Shown here in pieces: positions 19,745 to 29,189 of a stretch of 64,000 nucleotides of DNA. This DNA comes from Candidatus Latescibacterota bacterium. GTDB taxonomy: Bacteria > Latescibacterota > UBA2968 > UBA8231. The stretch's first letter is position 1, and every line of letters begins with the position of its first letter. The position numbers and the translations under genes are program-made. The DNA lies in NCBI GenBank assembly GCA_965223905.1, contig CBDCXV010000010.1, positions 1,472,001 to 1,536,000 of the forward strand, given 5' to 3'. The notes beneath the pieces are model-generated. The model saw nothing but the letters and a program-made list of their open reading frames with translations, did no database searches and was not told where the DNA came from.

Positions 19745-20650
19745 ATGCCGTTCGTGATTTTTCTCGCCGCTGTACTTTTTGCCTCCTGCTATCGAGACAA
19801 CAATCCGGTCCGGAGTCAGTCGGCAGCCAAGCGCATCTCCAGCGCCGTGACCTTCTCGGAGCCGGTAGCCGGCATCGACAACAGCAGAAGCAGCAGTGTC
19901 GTCGACGATTCCACGGCCCGACCGGAGACCTCCGATGTTTCCGGAACGGCGCAGGAGGTGACGGTCGGCCCGACCCTGGCCAGATGCTACGGCGTCGGCG
20001 AACGGACCTGCATGGTGGTTGACGGATTCCTGTTCTACGATGCGATCGAGGGCTTCGATTACGAAGCGGGCTACGACTATCGCCTGCGAATCGAGAAGTA
20101 CGACCCCTGGGATGGAAAGGAGCCGCCGCAGGATGCCGGCCGATACGCTTATCGCCTGCTCGAACAGCTGGAGAAAACCCCGGCCGCATCCACTCCGGCG
20201 ACCCTGTCCCTGGGGCCGGCGCGGGTAAAATGCTCGCAGATCGACGACTTCTGTCTGCTGGTTGACGGCGCCCCGTACTTCGACATAGTCACCGGTTTCG
20301 AATACGAGGCCGGCTATTACTACACCCTCGACGCAAACGGGTACAGCGACGGCAGGTACGTATTGAATTCGGTCGTCTCGAAGACCGAAGCGGCCGGGAC
20401 CGAAGAGGAGATAACCGTTGCCCCGCACCGGATCGACTGCGGCGGCGACAATCAGGTGTACTGCAACGTGGTAAATGGGGAGGCGTTTCGCAGCGAAATC
20501 GTCGGTTTCAACCCGTGGCACGGCTACAGCTATCGTCTGCGAGTCGAGCGCTTCGACATGTTCGCCGGGGAGGAAACCCCCGCGTCCCCGGACGTTCCAG
20601 GCTATGGGTATCGCTGGCTGGAGACACTGGACCGAAGTCCCGCCGACTGA
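19745..20650 (+). CDS. Lipoprotein with three DUF4377-like repeats
   Basis: Lipobox LFAS-C, then three units of V.P....C....C..V.G....I.GF.Y..GY.Y.L. Confidence 0.75.
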   Translation: MPFVIFLAAVLFASCYRDNNPVRSQSAAKRISSAVTFSEPVAGIDNSRSSSVVDDSTARPETSDVSGTAQEVTVGPTLARCYGVGERTCMVVDGFLFYDAIEGFDYEAGYDYRLRIEKYDPWDGKEPPQDAGRYAYRLLEQLEKTPAASTPATLSLGPARVKCSQIDDFCLLVDGAPYFDIVTGFEYEAGYYYTLDANGYSDGRYVLNSVVSKTEAAGTEEEITVAPHRIDCGGDNQVYCNVVNGEAFRSEIVGFNPWHGYSYRLRVERFDMFAGEETPASPDVPGYGYRWLETLDRSPAD

Positions 20651-20793
20651 CCGCACCAACGGGGAAGATTCATCCCCTGCGCCGCCTGTCTCTGGGAGTG
20701 ATCTGTTTTCAGAGGGGAAACAGGCGGACACGGACCCTGCTCCGTTTTGCCGGCCCTCTGAAGTAGCTGCTTACACCTTCCTCGCTTTCGTCG

Positions 20794-22110
20794 CTACAAC
20801 GACACCCCGAACGACCCGGCCATCAAGGTGGCCAGCCCCAGGAAGCTGAGGAAACCCAGCACATCCGTGACCGTGGTCAGCACGATGGATGCCGACTGCG
20901 CCGGATCCTTGCCCAGGACCGTGAGGACCACGGGGATGAGCGCCCCTGTCAGGCCTGCCATGGCCATCGAGAAGACCATGGATGTACCTATCACCAGCGG
21001 CAACCCCACGGTGCCGGACCAGAGGTAGGCCACCAGGGAGGTGGTCACGGCCACGGCCACTCCGTTGATCAGCCCGGCCAGCAGCTCCTTGCGGGCGACG
21101 CGGAACCATCCGCGCGGCCTGAACTCGCGCAGGGCCAGCCCGCGCATGGCCACCGCCAGGGACTGGGCGCCGGTGTTGCCCGCCTGCCCGGCCACCACCG
21201 GCAGAAAGATCGCCAGGGCCGTGAACTGGGCTATGGTACCCTCGAAGAGGGCGACCACCGAGGCGGCGAGAAAGGCGGTGGCGAGGTTGACCTGCAGCCA
21301 GGGCAAGCGCTTGCGCACCGCCATCCAGGGGGGCGACAGGGCCTGCTCGTCGGCGCCGGCCCCGACCATGGTCTGCAGGTTTTCGCTGGCCTCCTGCTGG
21401 GCCGCCTCCACCAGCGCGTCGTGCAGGATGATCCCCCGCGGCCGGCCCTCGAAGCCGACCACGGGCAGCGAGGCCAGCTTGTGGGTTTCCAGCAGCTCGA
21501 CCACTTCCTCGCGCGAGGACATCGCCTGCACGCAGACCGGCGGCCCCTGGGCCAGCCGCCCGAGCCGCTCCCCGGGCTGGGCAACGGCAACCTCCTGAAG
21601 CGGGAGCACCGCGGACAGGCTTCCGTCGGCATCGGCGACGCAGAGGTCGTGAATGCGCCGCCCGGGAAAGGAGCGGATGCGGTCGAGCGCCTCCTCCGCG
21701 GTCTCGTCGGCGCTGAAGACGGTCACCTCGGTATCCATGAGCCCTCCGGCCGACTCGGCGGGGTACCTCATCAGCTCCTTCATTTCTGCGGCCAGCCCCT
21801 CCGGCAGGGAGGCCAGGCGGTCCGTTCGGCTCTCTTCCTCCAACCGGGACATGAGGGCGGAGCCGACCCCCGGGTCCATCCCCTGCCACAGCCGCCGGAA
21901 CAGGTCGTCGCCCATCGCCTCGATGAGCTCGACCGCCCGGTCCGGGTCGAGCCGCTCGAACACATGGGCGGAAGCGGCGTCTGTCCCGGCCTCGAGCAGC
22001 CGCAGGGCCTCGGGAACGGGGGAGGCCGCAAGCGCCCCGGCAGCCTCGCCTGGATGGAGGCGCAAAAAAGCCTCGACAAGGGCCTGCGAGGCTGCGGTTT
22101 CATTGTTCAT
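20794..22110 (-). CDS. mgtE: Magnesium transporter MgtE
   Basis: N-domain, YP.ESAGGLM CBS pair, RLPWL, GN.GAQ and TTVTD transmembrane motifs. Confidence 0.9.
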   Translation of the reverse strand: MNNETAASQALVEAFLRLHPGEAAGALAASPVPEALRLLEAGTDAASAHVFERLDPDRAVELIEAMGDDLFRRLWQGMDPGVGSALMSRLEEESRTDRLASLPEGLAAEMKELMRYPAESAGGLMDTEVTVFSADETAEEALDRIRSFPGRRIHDLCVADADGSLSAVLPLQEVAVAQPGERLGRLAQGPPVCVQAMSSREEVVELLETHKLASLPVVGFEGRPRGIILHDALVEAAQQEASENLQTMVGAGADEQALSPPWMAVRKRLPWLQVNLATAFLAASVVALFEGTIAQFTALAIFLPVVAGQAGNTGAQSLAVAMRGLALREFRPRGWFRVARKELLAGLINGVAVAVTTSLVAYLWSGTVGLPLVIGTSMVFSMAMAGLTGALIPVVLTVLGKDPAQSASIVLTTVTDVLGFLSFLGLATLMAGSFGVSL

Positions 22111-22192
22111 CCGTCACGTCTCTCCTCTGATCGAAACTTCACGTGTACAGTTGAAGCACCCGGTGTTCGCACCAATGCCGTAAAATTGTCCC

Positions 22193-23152
22193 ATGAAGAA
22201 ACAGCCGATCAAGCAGGGTTTCTGGGCCTACTACCTCGGCGGGCTGTTGCTCGGGATGAGCCAGAACCACCTCTTTCTGTTCGCCGGGGGCCTCGCCTTC
22301 GCCACCCTGATTACCCTGGTCCCCCTGGTCTTCCTGGTCTTCCTGGTGCTCGGAGTGGTCCTGGACCAGGCCTCCATGGCCCGCCTGATCGACGTGACCC
22401 TGCAGGTGTTCATCCCTTACGAGGAAGAGGCCGCGTACCTGAAAATGGTTTTGTACTCGCGCATCCCCGGGGTCGTCGAGTTCAAGGAGGCGTACGGGGT
22501 TTCCGGCCTGGCGATTCTGACGTTCAGCGCCAGCGGCCTGTTCAGCAGCATGCGGACCGTTCTCAATACGGTCTTCAAGGCAACCGGGGAGGAGCGCACC
22601 CTGCCGATGATGCTGTTCAGGCACAGAACGGCTGAGATGGGCAAGCCGAGGAAGCCGGGAAAGGGTACTTCAGGGCGCCGGTTCGGCCTCCTGCTCATGG
22701 CCCTGCCGGCGGCGGTGGGAAAGCTGAAGGATATTGCCCTGGTTCTGCTGGTCCTGGGCGCATTTCTGCTGTCGGTCCTCTCGCTTCCCATCCTTGCCGC
22801 GGTCCTCAATGCGATCCTGTCCCCCCTGCATTCGTACCTGGGTTTCATCTACGGTCTCGCCTCCCCCGCCCTGATCTTCGGGGTGTTCCTCGGCCTGTAC
22901 TGGCTGGTCCCCCGGGAGCGGCCCCGGATGAAAGTTCTGGCCACAGGCGCCTTCTGGGCCGCCCTGCTGTGGAAGCTGGCCGAATGGGTGTTCGGCTACT
23001 ACCTCGGCCATGCCGCTTCCATCGGGTACCTGTACGGGGCCTATTTCCTGTCGGTGGCGGTGGCCCTGTGGCTCTACTTCGCGGCCGTCGTCTTCATCGC
23101 CGGCGCCGAGATCGCCCAACTCTGCCACGAAAAGCGAGACGCCGGTCGCTGA
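22193..23152 (+). CDS. YihY/BrkB family inner membrane protein
   Basis: AGGLAF..L..LVP, ASGLF..MR..LN.VF and YG..LWLY..VFIAGAEI motifs. Confidence 0.85.
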   Translation: MKKQPIKQGFWAYYLGGLLLGMSQNHLFLFAGGLAFATLITLVPLVFLVFLVLGVVLDQASMARLIDVTLQVFIPYEEEAAYLKMVLYSRIPGVVEFKEAYGVSGLAILTFSASGLFSSMRTVLNTVFKATGEERTLPMMLFRHRTAEMGKPRKPGKGTSGRRFGLLLMALPAAVGKLKDIALVLLVLGAFLLSVLSLPILAAVLNAILSPLHSYLGFIYGLASPALIFGVFLGLYWLVPRERPRMKVLATGAFWAALLWKLAEWVFGYYLGHAASIGYLYGAYFLSVAVALWLYFAAVVFIAGAEIAQLCHEKRDAGR

Positions 23153-23200
23153 CCGGCTCCCGGGTTGCAGGGCGCCTGCCGGTTCGACGCGGAACCGAGC

Positions 23201-24040
23201 CTATCGGTCCGCGTTTTCGCGCGTCGGGCTGCCCGGGCTTTCCATGCCGATGGCGCTGTTGACGAGCGCCGACAGGCCGATGCGGTAGAGCTCTCCGAGG
23301 GCGGTCCCGGCCTGGTCGATCCGGGCCGGCCGCTGGGCGCCGCCGGCGAGCTGGCGCAGGGTCTTGTGGCGCAGGGCCCCGGCGAAGAGGCCGTTCTCGT
23401 CGAGCACGGGGAGGGTGTGGAACTCCAGCCAGGCGGGATGGACCAGCACCGAGGCGAGGGAATCCCCCATGCGCAGGCAGACGACGTCCCGCTGCATGAG
23501 GGAGGCGACCTCGGCCCCCTCCGCCGCGGCCAGCAGCTCCCGCAGGGTGAGAACACCGGCCAGGGTCTGGTCGCGCTCGAGCACGTACAGGTAGTGGGAG
23601 GCGCGCTCCGGGTTCGAGCGCACCCGCGCCAGGGCCTCTGCGGCCGATACCTCGGGAGTCAGGGTGAAGATCCGGGGTTCCATCAGGGCCCCGGCGGTAT
23701 CCTCGCGGCCGTGCAGCAGGAGCCGGAGGTGCCTTCCCGGCTCGGGTGGAAGCCGCTGCAGGACCGCTTCCCGCGTTTCGGGGAGCAGGCGGCGCAGGAG
23801 CAGGGCGGCGTGCTCCAGGGGTACCCGGGCCAGGGCCCCGGCCGCACGGTCCTCGGCCATGCGCTCCAGGCAGCCCGCCGCGGTGCTTGCTTCCATGGTG
23901 CCGAAGAGGGAGGCCGCCAGCTCCGCCGGGATGCCCTCGAAAAGGGTGACCAGCTCGTCGAGCGAACGGTTTTCCAGCACCCGGGCCGCCTGGTGGGTAT
24001 GGTTGCGGATGAAGCTGTGGATCAGGTTCGAGCCGTCCAT
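23201..24040 (-). CDS. Soluble MgtE-N/CBS-domain protein
   Basis: Helical N-domain plus TAGALM CBS pair; no transmembrane region. Confidence 0.8.
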   Translation of the reverse strand: MDGSNLIHSFIRNHTHQAARVLENRSLDELVTLFEGIPAELAASLFGTMEASTAAGCLERMAEDRAAGALARVPLEHAALLLRRLLPETREAVLQRLPPEPGRHLRLLLHGREDTAGALMEPRIFTLTPEVSAAEALARVRSNPERASHYLYVLERDQTLAGVLTLRELLAAAEGAEVASLMQRDVVCLRMGDSLASVLVHPAWLEFHTLPVLDENGLFAGALRHKTLRQLAGGAQRPARIDQAGTALGELYRIGLSALVNSAIGMESPGSPTRENADR

Positions 24041-24044
24041 CGGG

Positions 24045-24857
24045 TCACCTCTTTTCCACCAGCAGAACCGACGCCTGCTCGCCGAAGAGGGAGGCCGGCA
24101 CCGATACCCGCCCCTCCCCGGTTTCCAGCAGAACGGAGGTGGCGGTTATGTCGAGGATCTCCCCCTGGAATTCTCCGACGCGCACCCTGTGGCCGACCCG
24201 GTAGGTCTTCTGCAGGTAGTAGGAGGCCAGGATGTTGGCCACGGTGGTGCGGGCCCCGAGGGCGAAGGTCAGGGCGCTGCCCAAGAGGCCGCTGCCGAGC
24301 ACCAGGAGCAGGACGCTGGTCAGGAAGTCGACGTTCAACCCCGCCTGGTCCACGGCGATCAGGGCGCTCACCACCAGGACCGAAACCTGTCCCAGACGCC
24401 CCAGGGCGTTGGCGTAGGCGATCCGGGTCGAGGTGATGAGATCCCTGAGGAAGTGGCCGCCGAGGAGGCCGGCGAACAGGATCAGGACGGCGGCGAGCAG
24501 CCGGGGCAGGTAGAGGACGATGCCGCTGAGCCAGACCGAGACAACCGGCAGCCCCATGACTTCGGTGGCCGCGGTGACGAAGAAGAGCAGCACCATCCAG
24601 AAGAGGACCCTGCCGGCCGTGCGCCCGGCCGAATCCTGCAGGTGGGCTCCGTGCTGGATGCGCCGTAAACCGGGAATCATGCGGTCGAGCCCTGCGAGCA
24701 GCCGCCGGCTCAGGGTTCGAGCCAGGAAGGCGAGCCCCAGGCCCAGCAGAACCAGGGCGAGGGCGCCGGCGATCCGGGGGGCGGTCCCCGTGAGGTGCTC
24801 CCCCAGATCCCGGACGAGCGTCTGGAGCTCGGACATTATCTGTTGGTAGTAGGACAT
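24045..24857 (-). CDS. MscS-like mechanosensitive channel with TM-helix repeats
   Basis: YLPRLLAAVLIL TM repeat and YRVGHRVRVGEFQGEI beta domain. Confidence 0.8.
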   Translation of the reverse strand: MSYYQQIMSELQTLVRDLGEHLTGTAPRIAGALALVLLGLGLAFLARTLSRRLLAGLDRMIPGLRRIQHGAHLQDSAGRTAGRVLFWMVLLFFVTAATEVMGLPVVSVWLSGIVLYLPRLLAAVLILFAGLLGGHFLRDLITSTRIAYANALGRLGQVSVLVVSALIAVDQAGLNVDFLTSVLLLVLGSGLLGSALTFALGARTTVANILASYYLQKTYRVGHRVRVGEFQGEILDITATSVLLETGEGRVSVPASLFGEQASVLLVEKR

Positions 24858-24943
24858 GGTTTCCGGTCTCCTTCCTCCGCGAAACGGACCAGTGCTCGCC
24901 GATCCCTGGTCTTTCGCCAGCTCCTTTTCAAGGGAAGCGGGAG

Positions 24944-26590
24944 CTAACCGCCGGCACCGATCTTCTCTCGGGCTTCGAGGAGCTTGGCGACGACCGCTTC
25001 GATATCCCCTTCGTCGACGAACGGGGACAGGATGTAGGATTTCAGGGCGACGATCGGCTCCTGGTAGCTGGTCTGCCGGTAGCAGTCGGTCGAGGAAATG
25101 ACGACCCCGCGTCCCGCCATCGCCTCCTCGTGCACGTACTCGAACACTCTCCGGTTGTACTCGTTGCCGGCGAGCAGGCTGTCCCGCCAGGCCGGGTCGT
25201 AGAATTCGCGGCGCTTGATCGAAAAGGTATCGACCCCCGGGGGGTAGGCGCGAAACAGCGTCACCGTGCCGAAGTTGTCCCGGTTGAGCACGGTCGTGCC
25301 CTCGTGCCCTTCGAGGTGCTCGCGCAGGAGCTGGGCCATCTCGACGAGGTGCCCGAGCACCACCTGCAGACCCTGCTCGCCGAAGAGGCGGAAATTGGCG
25401 AGGGCGGCCAGCGGCCCGGTGCCCGCTCTCGATGTTTCGAGGGTGTACATGCCGGGACGGTGGTCGCCGAAGTGATAGAGGTAGGGCATCTCCTCCGGGC
25501 GCCGCGTCACCAGCTGCAGATCGTCGCGGTTCCTTACCAGCACCAGGCTGGAGACGTAGGGGGCGAACCCGGTCTTGTGGAAGTCGACGCCGAGGGAGTC
25601 GGCCAGGGACAGGTGGCGGATGCGGCGTCGGGCCCCGGCCAGGGCGCGCAGGGTGCGGGGGCGAAACCCCAGGGGATTGCCCTCGAAGTCGTAGTCGTTG
25701 AACACCGACCAGGCCCAGCCGATGACGGCGTCGGCGTGTATGTGCGGGGAGTAGGGGAGCTGGAACTCCTCGACGAGGTTGTCCCGCAGGGCGGCGATCT
25801 CCTGCAGGTCGTCCAGCCCGAAGGCATCGGTGGTCCCCAGGGTCGCGATGATGGCGGCGATCCTCTTGCCCTCCGCCAGCGCCTCCCGGGCGGCGCGTCC
25901 CAGTTCGGCCAGGTCGATTTCGTTTTCAGCCGTCGTCGGGATGGCGATCAGGTTGTCCGTGCCGATTCCCAGCCACCCTGCAATGTTGGCGGCGCAGTAG
26001 TGCCCGGCCTCCGAGACCAGCAGGACCGCGTCTTCCGACACCCCCTTGTGCATCGCCTGCGGGCAGGCCTTTTCCAGCCCGATCTTCACCCCGTAGAGGG
26101 TGGTTCCGGTGCCCCCGAAGGTGAACACGCCGCTCGCCCGTTCCGGGTCGTACCCGACCAGCCGGGCGGTGATGCCGGCGGCCTCGACTTCGGCCTGGGC
26201 AACGAGGCGGCTGTACTCGTCCCAGGCGACGTTGGGGTTGTGCAGCGCGGAGAGCAGGACCCCGATCACGCTGGGAATGGTCGTCGGCGGGATGACGTTC
26301 TGCTGGGTGCGGGGATGGCCGAAGATGGTCATGCCGCGCAGGTAGCCGACGAGGTCCGTGGTAACCTCCTCGACAGAGGAGATCTCCGCCGGCAGGGCCG
26401 CCTTTCTCGCCTCGGCGAAATCCCCGGGGATCACGGACCCGAGGACCGGCAGGTGCGATTTGAGCGCGTCGACCTGGTCGAGGGCGCGCATGATGGAGTG
26501 CACGAAATAGGAATCGCGGATCGGGTCGGATACCGGTTGGGGAAAGGCCAGCCGGATTTTCTCGAGGATGTCTCGATAGGGAGCAGTCAT
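24944..26590 (-). CDS. Group II pyridoxal-dependent decarboxylase
   Basis: GVFTFGGT, HYC, LGTT, HADA and DS..VDFHK (PLP lysine) motifs. Confidence 0.85.
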   Translation of the reverse strand: MTAPYRDILEKIRLAFPQPVSDPIRDSYFVHSIMRALDQVDALKSHLPVLGSVIPGDFAEARKAALPAEISSVEEVTTDLVGYLRGMTIFGHPRTQQNVIPPTTIPSVIGVLLSALHNPNVAWDEYSRLVAQAEVEAAGITARLVGYDPERASGVFTFGGTGTTLYGVKIGLEKACPQAMHKGVSEDAVLLVSEAGHYCAANIAGWLGIGTDNLIAIPTTAENEIDLAELGRAAREALAEGKRIAAIIATLGTTDAFGLDDLQEIAALRDNLVEEFQLPYSPHIHADAVIGWAWSVFNDYDFEGNPLGFRPRTLRALAGARRRIRHLSLADSLGVDFHKTGFAPYVSSLVLVRNRDDLQLVTRRPEEMPYLYHFGDHRPGMYTLETSRAGTGPLAALANFRLFGEQGLQVVLGHLVEMAQLLREHLEGHEGTTVLNRDNFGTVTLFRAYPPGVDTFSIKRREFYDPAWRDSLLAGNEYNRRVFEYVHEEAMAGRGVVISSTDCYRQTSYQEPIVALKSYILSPFVDEGDIEAVVAKLLEAREKIGAGG

Positions 26591-26688
26591 GCCTATGGCT
26601 CTTCGGTCAGAGGTGTGCAGCGCGATATCGGGACGCTACGGTCTGAGACTTCCGCGGGCGGATATCGGATCCTGCGCCTTCCGGCAGG

Positions 26689-28539
26689 TCAGCGCAGGAA
26701 GAGCAGCTTGCGCGTCAGCTCCGCGGTCCCGGTCTCCAGGCGGTAAAGATAGACGCCGCTGGCGACGAGCAGGCCGTGCCGGTCGCGGCCGTCCCAATGG
26801 ACCCTCCGGTAGCCCGCGGCGACCCGGCCCTGAAACAGGGTGCGGACCTTCTGGCCCCGGAGGTTGTAGACGTGCAGGGCGGCCTCGGCGGAGCGGGGCG
26901 CGTGGAAGGAGAGGACCGTCCCCTGGTTGAAGGGGTTGGGGTAGTTCGGCAGGAGGGCCCAGTCCGTCGGGGCGGCAGTCGAGGCGTTCGCGGTCTGGAC
27001 CGCGGTGGGGCGGCGGAGGACCTCCGGCGGCCCGGAGGTGCGCAGCTGCTCGACAGAGGCGGCGGCCGGTTCGGCGAACGGCCGCGGACCGCCGTCGGCA
27101 AAGGGGCGGGAGCGGACCTCGCGGCCGTCGGCGAGAGTGACGATCAGGTCCCATTTCTCGAGCGGGGTGTCCTCGGAGCCGCCGCAGTCCCAGCGCGCGT
27201 CGGCGTAACGGATATTGTCCACTTCCGGCAGGTCGGGGTTGTAGTCGAACATCGGGTCGACGCTCATCTCGTCGGCAGAGAGGGTGGTGTAGAGCCGGGT
27301 GAGATAGGGCTTTTCGTCGAACAGTTCCTGCAGCCCCTCCAGCGGCTCGACGACGATCCGCTCCAGGTCGTCGGCAAGGGCTCCGGGGTCGAAGTCGAGA
27401 TCGGCGGTCCAGCGGTCGTAGGCGCGCATGTTGTTGTAGAAGGAGCGCTCCGCGATGTCCTGGATCCGGCCTTCCTCCCGCGCCTCGTCGTAGGCATCGC
27501 GGTCCCCGCCGAACACCACTTCGAGCACCCCTTCCTCGAGCACGGAGGCCGGCATCGGGATGTGGCGGCGGATCAGGGTCTGCATCTGGGCGTCGCGGGG
27601 AAAACCCTGCGCCAGGGCGGCCTCGAGGAAGTCGGCCGGGCCCGTCTTTCCGCGCAGCTCCTCCAGGTCGAACTGCGAGAAGATGAAGTCGCCGACGATG
27701 CTGCTGGGGCCGGCGTAGTCGGTGACGAAGGCCTGGCCCCCGGCCTCGTTGGCGGCCTGGGTGACGACCTCGGGGTAGTTGAAGCCGCCATTGAACCAGT
27801 CGATCAGGGCCTCGTTGATCTGCACGTGCAGGTAGTTCTCCGGGATGGCGCGGTGGTCTGCCAGGACCCAGGCGAGGACGCCGAGGTCGGGCACGGTGGC
27901 CACCGCGGTCAGGCGAATCGGGATGCCGGGGGTCTCCGCGGCGTAGGTCATGGCGATCGGCTGCAGGTCGCCGACCTCGCTTTCGGCGGCGAGCTTGAGG
28001 GCGAGGAAGTAGAAGTCCCCCTCGACGTACGGGGTCAGGAGCGGGACCCCGAGGTCGCCGAGCTGGTAGCCGTTGTCGACGAGCCAGTCGACGATGGCCT
28101 GCGGATCCTCGGAGGTGATGACCGCGGTGTCGTACGGGCCGACCCGTTCCTGGGCCACTACTTCGACTTCCGCGGACTCGTCAAGGGCAATTGTCTCGGG
28201 GGATCTGAGAACAATGGGCCGGAAGAAGCAGTCCTCCTGCTCCTTGAAGTTCAGCTGGAAGAAGGGCTGGGTGGCGAACTGCAGCTGGGTGAAGATCTGG
28301 TTGTGGCTCACGGCCAGCTCCGGGACCGAGGGCAGGGGCAGGATCCAGGCGAAGTCCGAGGCGGTGCCGCTGAACAGGAGCTGGACGTGGGTGGTTACGG
28401 TCCCCTCTCCCTGAATGAAGAGGATGTTCTCCGCGACCTGGTTCATCGGGAAGGTGGTGCAGAAGAAGCCGCCGCAGGCGCGCGCGGCCGGGGTCCCGAG
28501 CAGCAGGCAGAGGAACGCGGCATACAGGGATCTGGTCAT
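26689..28539 (-). CDS. Secreted DUF2330 protein with C-terminal FlgD-Ig/T9SS-CTD-like domain
   Basis: Signal peptide, then ACGGFFC, FAWILP, IPIRLTAVA and YLTRLYT.LS..EM motifs. C-terminal NYPNPFN..VYNLRGQKVRTL..WDG.D..ASGVYLYRL. Confidence 0.85.
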   Translation of the reverse strand: MTRSLYAAFLCLLLGTPAARACGGFFCTTFPMNQVAENILFIQGEGTVTTHVQLLFSGTASDFAWILPLPSVPELAVSHNQIFTQLQFATQPFFQLNFKEQEDCFFRPIVLRSPETIALDESAEVEVVAQERVGPYDTAVITSEDPQAIVDWLVDNGYQLGDLGVPLLTPYVEGDFYFLALKLAAESEVGDLQPIAMTYAAETPGIPIRLTAVATVPDLGVLAWVLADHRAIPENYLHVQINEALIDWFNGGFNYPEVVTQAANEAGGQAFVTDYAGPSSIVGDFIFSQFDLEELRGKTGPADFLEAALAQGFPRDAQMQTLIRRHIPMPASVLEEGVLEVVFGGDRDAYDEAREEGRIQDIAERSFYNNMRAYDRWTADLDFDPGALADDLERIVVEPLEGLQELFDEKPYLTRLYTTLSADEMSVDPMFDYNPDLPEVDNIRYADARWDCGGSEDTPLEKWDLIVTLADGREVRSRPFADGGPRPFAEPAAASVEQLRTSGPPEVLRRPTAVQTANASTAAPTDWALLPNYPNPFNQGTVLSFHAPRSAEAALHVYNLRGQKVRTLFQGRVAAGYRRVHWDGRDRHGLLVASGVYLYRLETGTAELTRKLLFLR

Positions 28540-28826
28540 GATGGCTGACTCCTGTTTTCGAGGGGAGAGGACCATCGCTGTCGGCAAACCGAATATGTGC
28601 CTGTTCAATCACTGGGCAAACGAAACAGGAACGGGGCCAGGAGACTGGAGAAGGCTATCCCGACCCATTCGTGCATCCTCTCGCAGGCACCTGCCCTTCA
28701 GGGCTCCGATCCCTTCCGGCGGCCTCGGCTGTGGCGGAGGCTTCCTCTTTGGAGGGCCCGCTTCCCCTGAGGAGACGGGCCGCGGCTAACCTCAATAGGG
28801 GCCGAGGTTTCCCTCTGGGGCGGGTC

Positions 28827-28951
28827 GCTTCAGTCGCTGTGCGAGGCGGACGGTGCTGTCGCAGGGGATAGGGCGGTCTCAACCTGATGGCTAGCTTCAG
28901 ATGCTGTGCGAGGCGGTTGGCGCTGTCCGGAGTGGATCGGCGGTCTTACCT
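28827..28951. repeat. Two imperfect ~58-bp direct repeats, period 67 bp
   Basis: GCTTCAG..GCTGTGCGAGGCGG..GG.GCTGTC...GGAT..GGCGGTCT..ACCT at 28827-28885 and 28894-28951. Confidence 0.7.
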
Positions 28952-29189
28952 TTTCGCGGCCTTTGGGCATGCCCTCCGTGACTACCTGAAACCCGTGGCC
29001 CGGGTATCCCGGCCTGCCGCGTTGCCGTCAGCGCGCCATGTTCCTCCCAAGTGGTCCATCGCGTTTACGCAGGTCGGGCCCTTCGGCGCCATAAATTCTG
29101 CAGGTTGCCCGGGCAGACCAGCGCTTCCTCCCTTCACAGGCCCGCCTCTGCCGATGAGCGGCGGCCGGTCATCCTCAACCAGACTTCAC

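Noticed and set aside
28827-28951. CRISPR array
   Set aside because: Only two long imperfect units with an 8-bp gap, and no cas genes.
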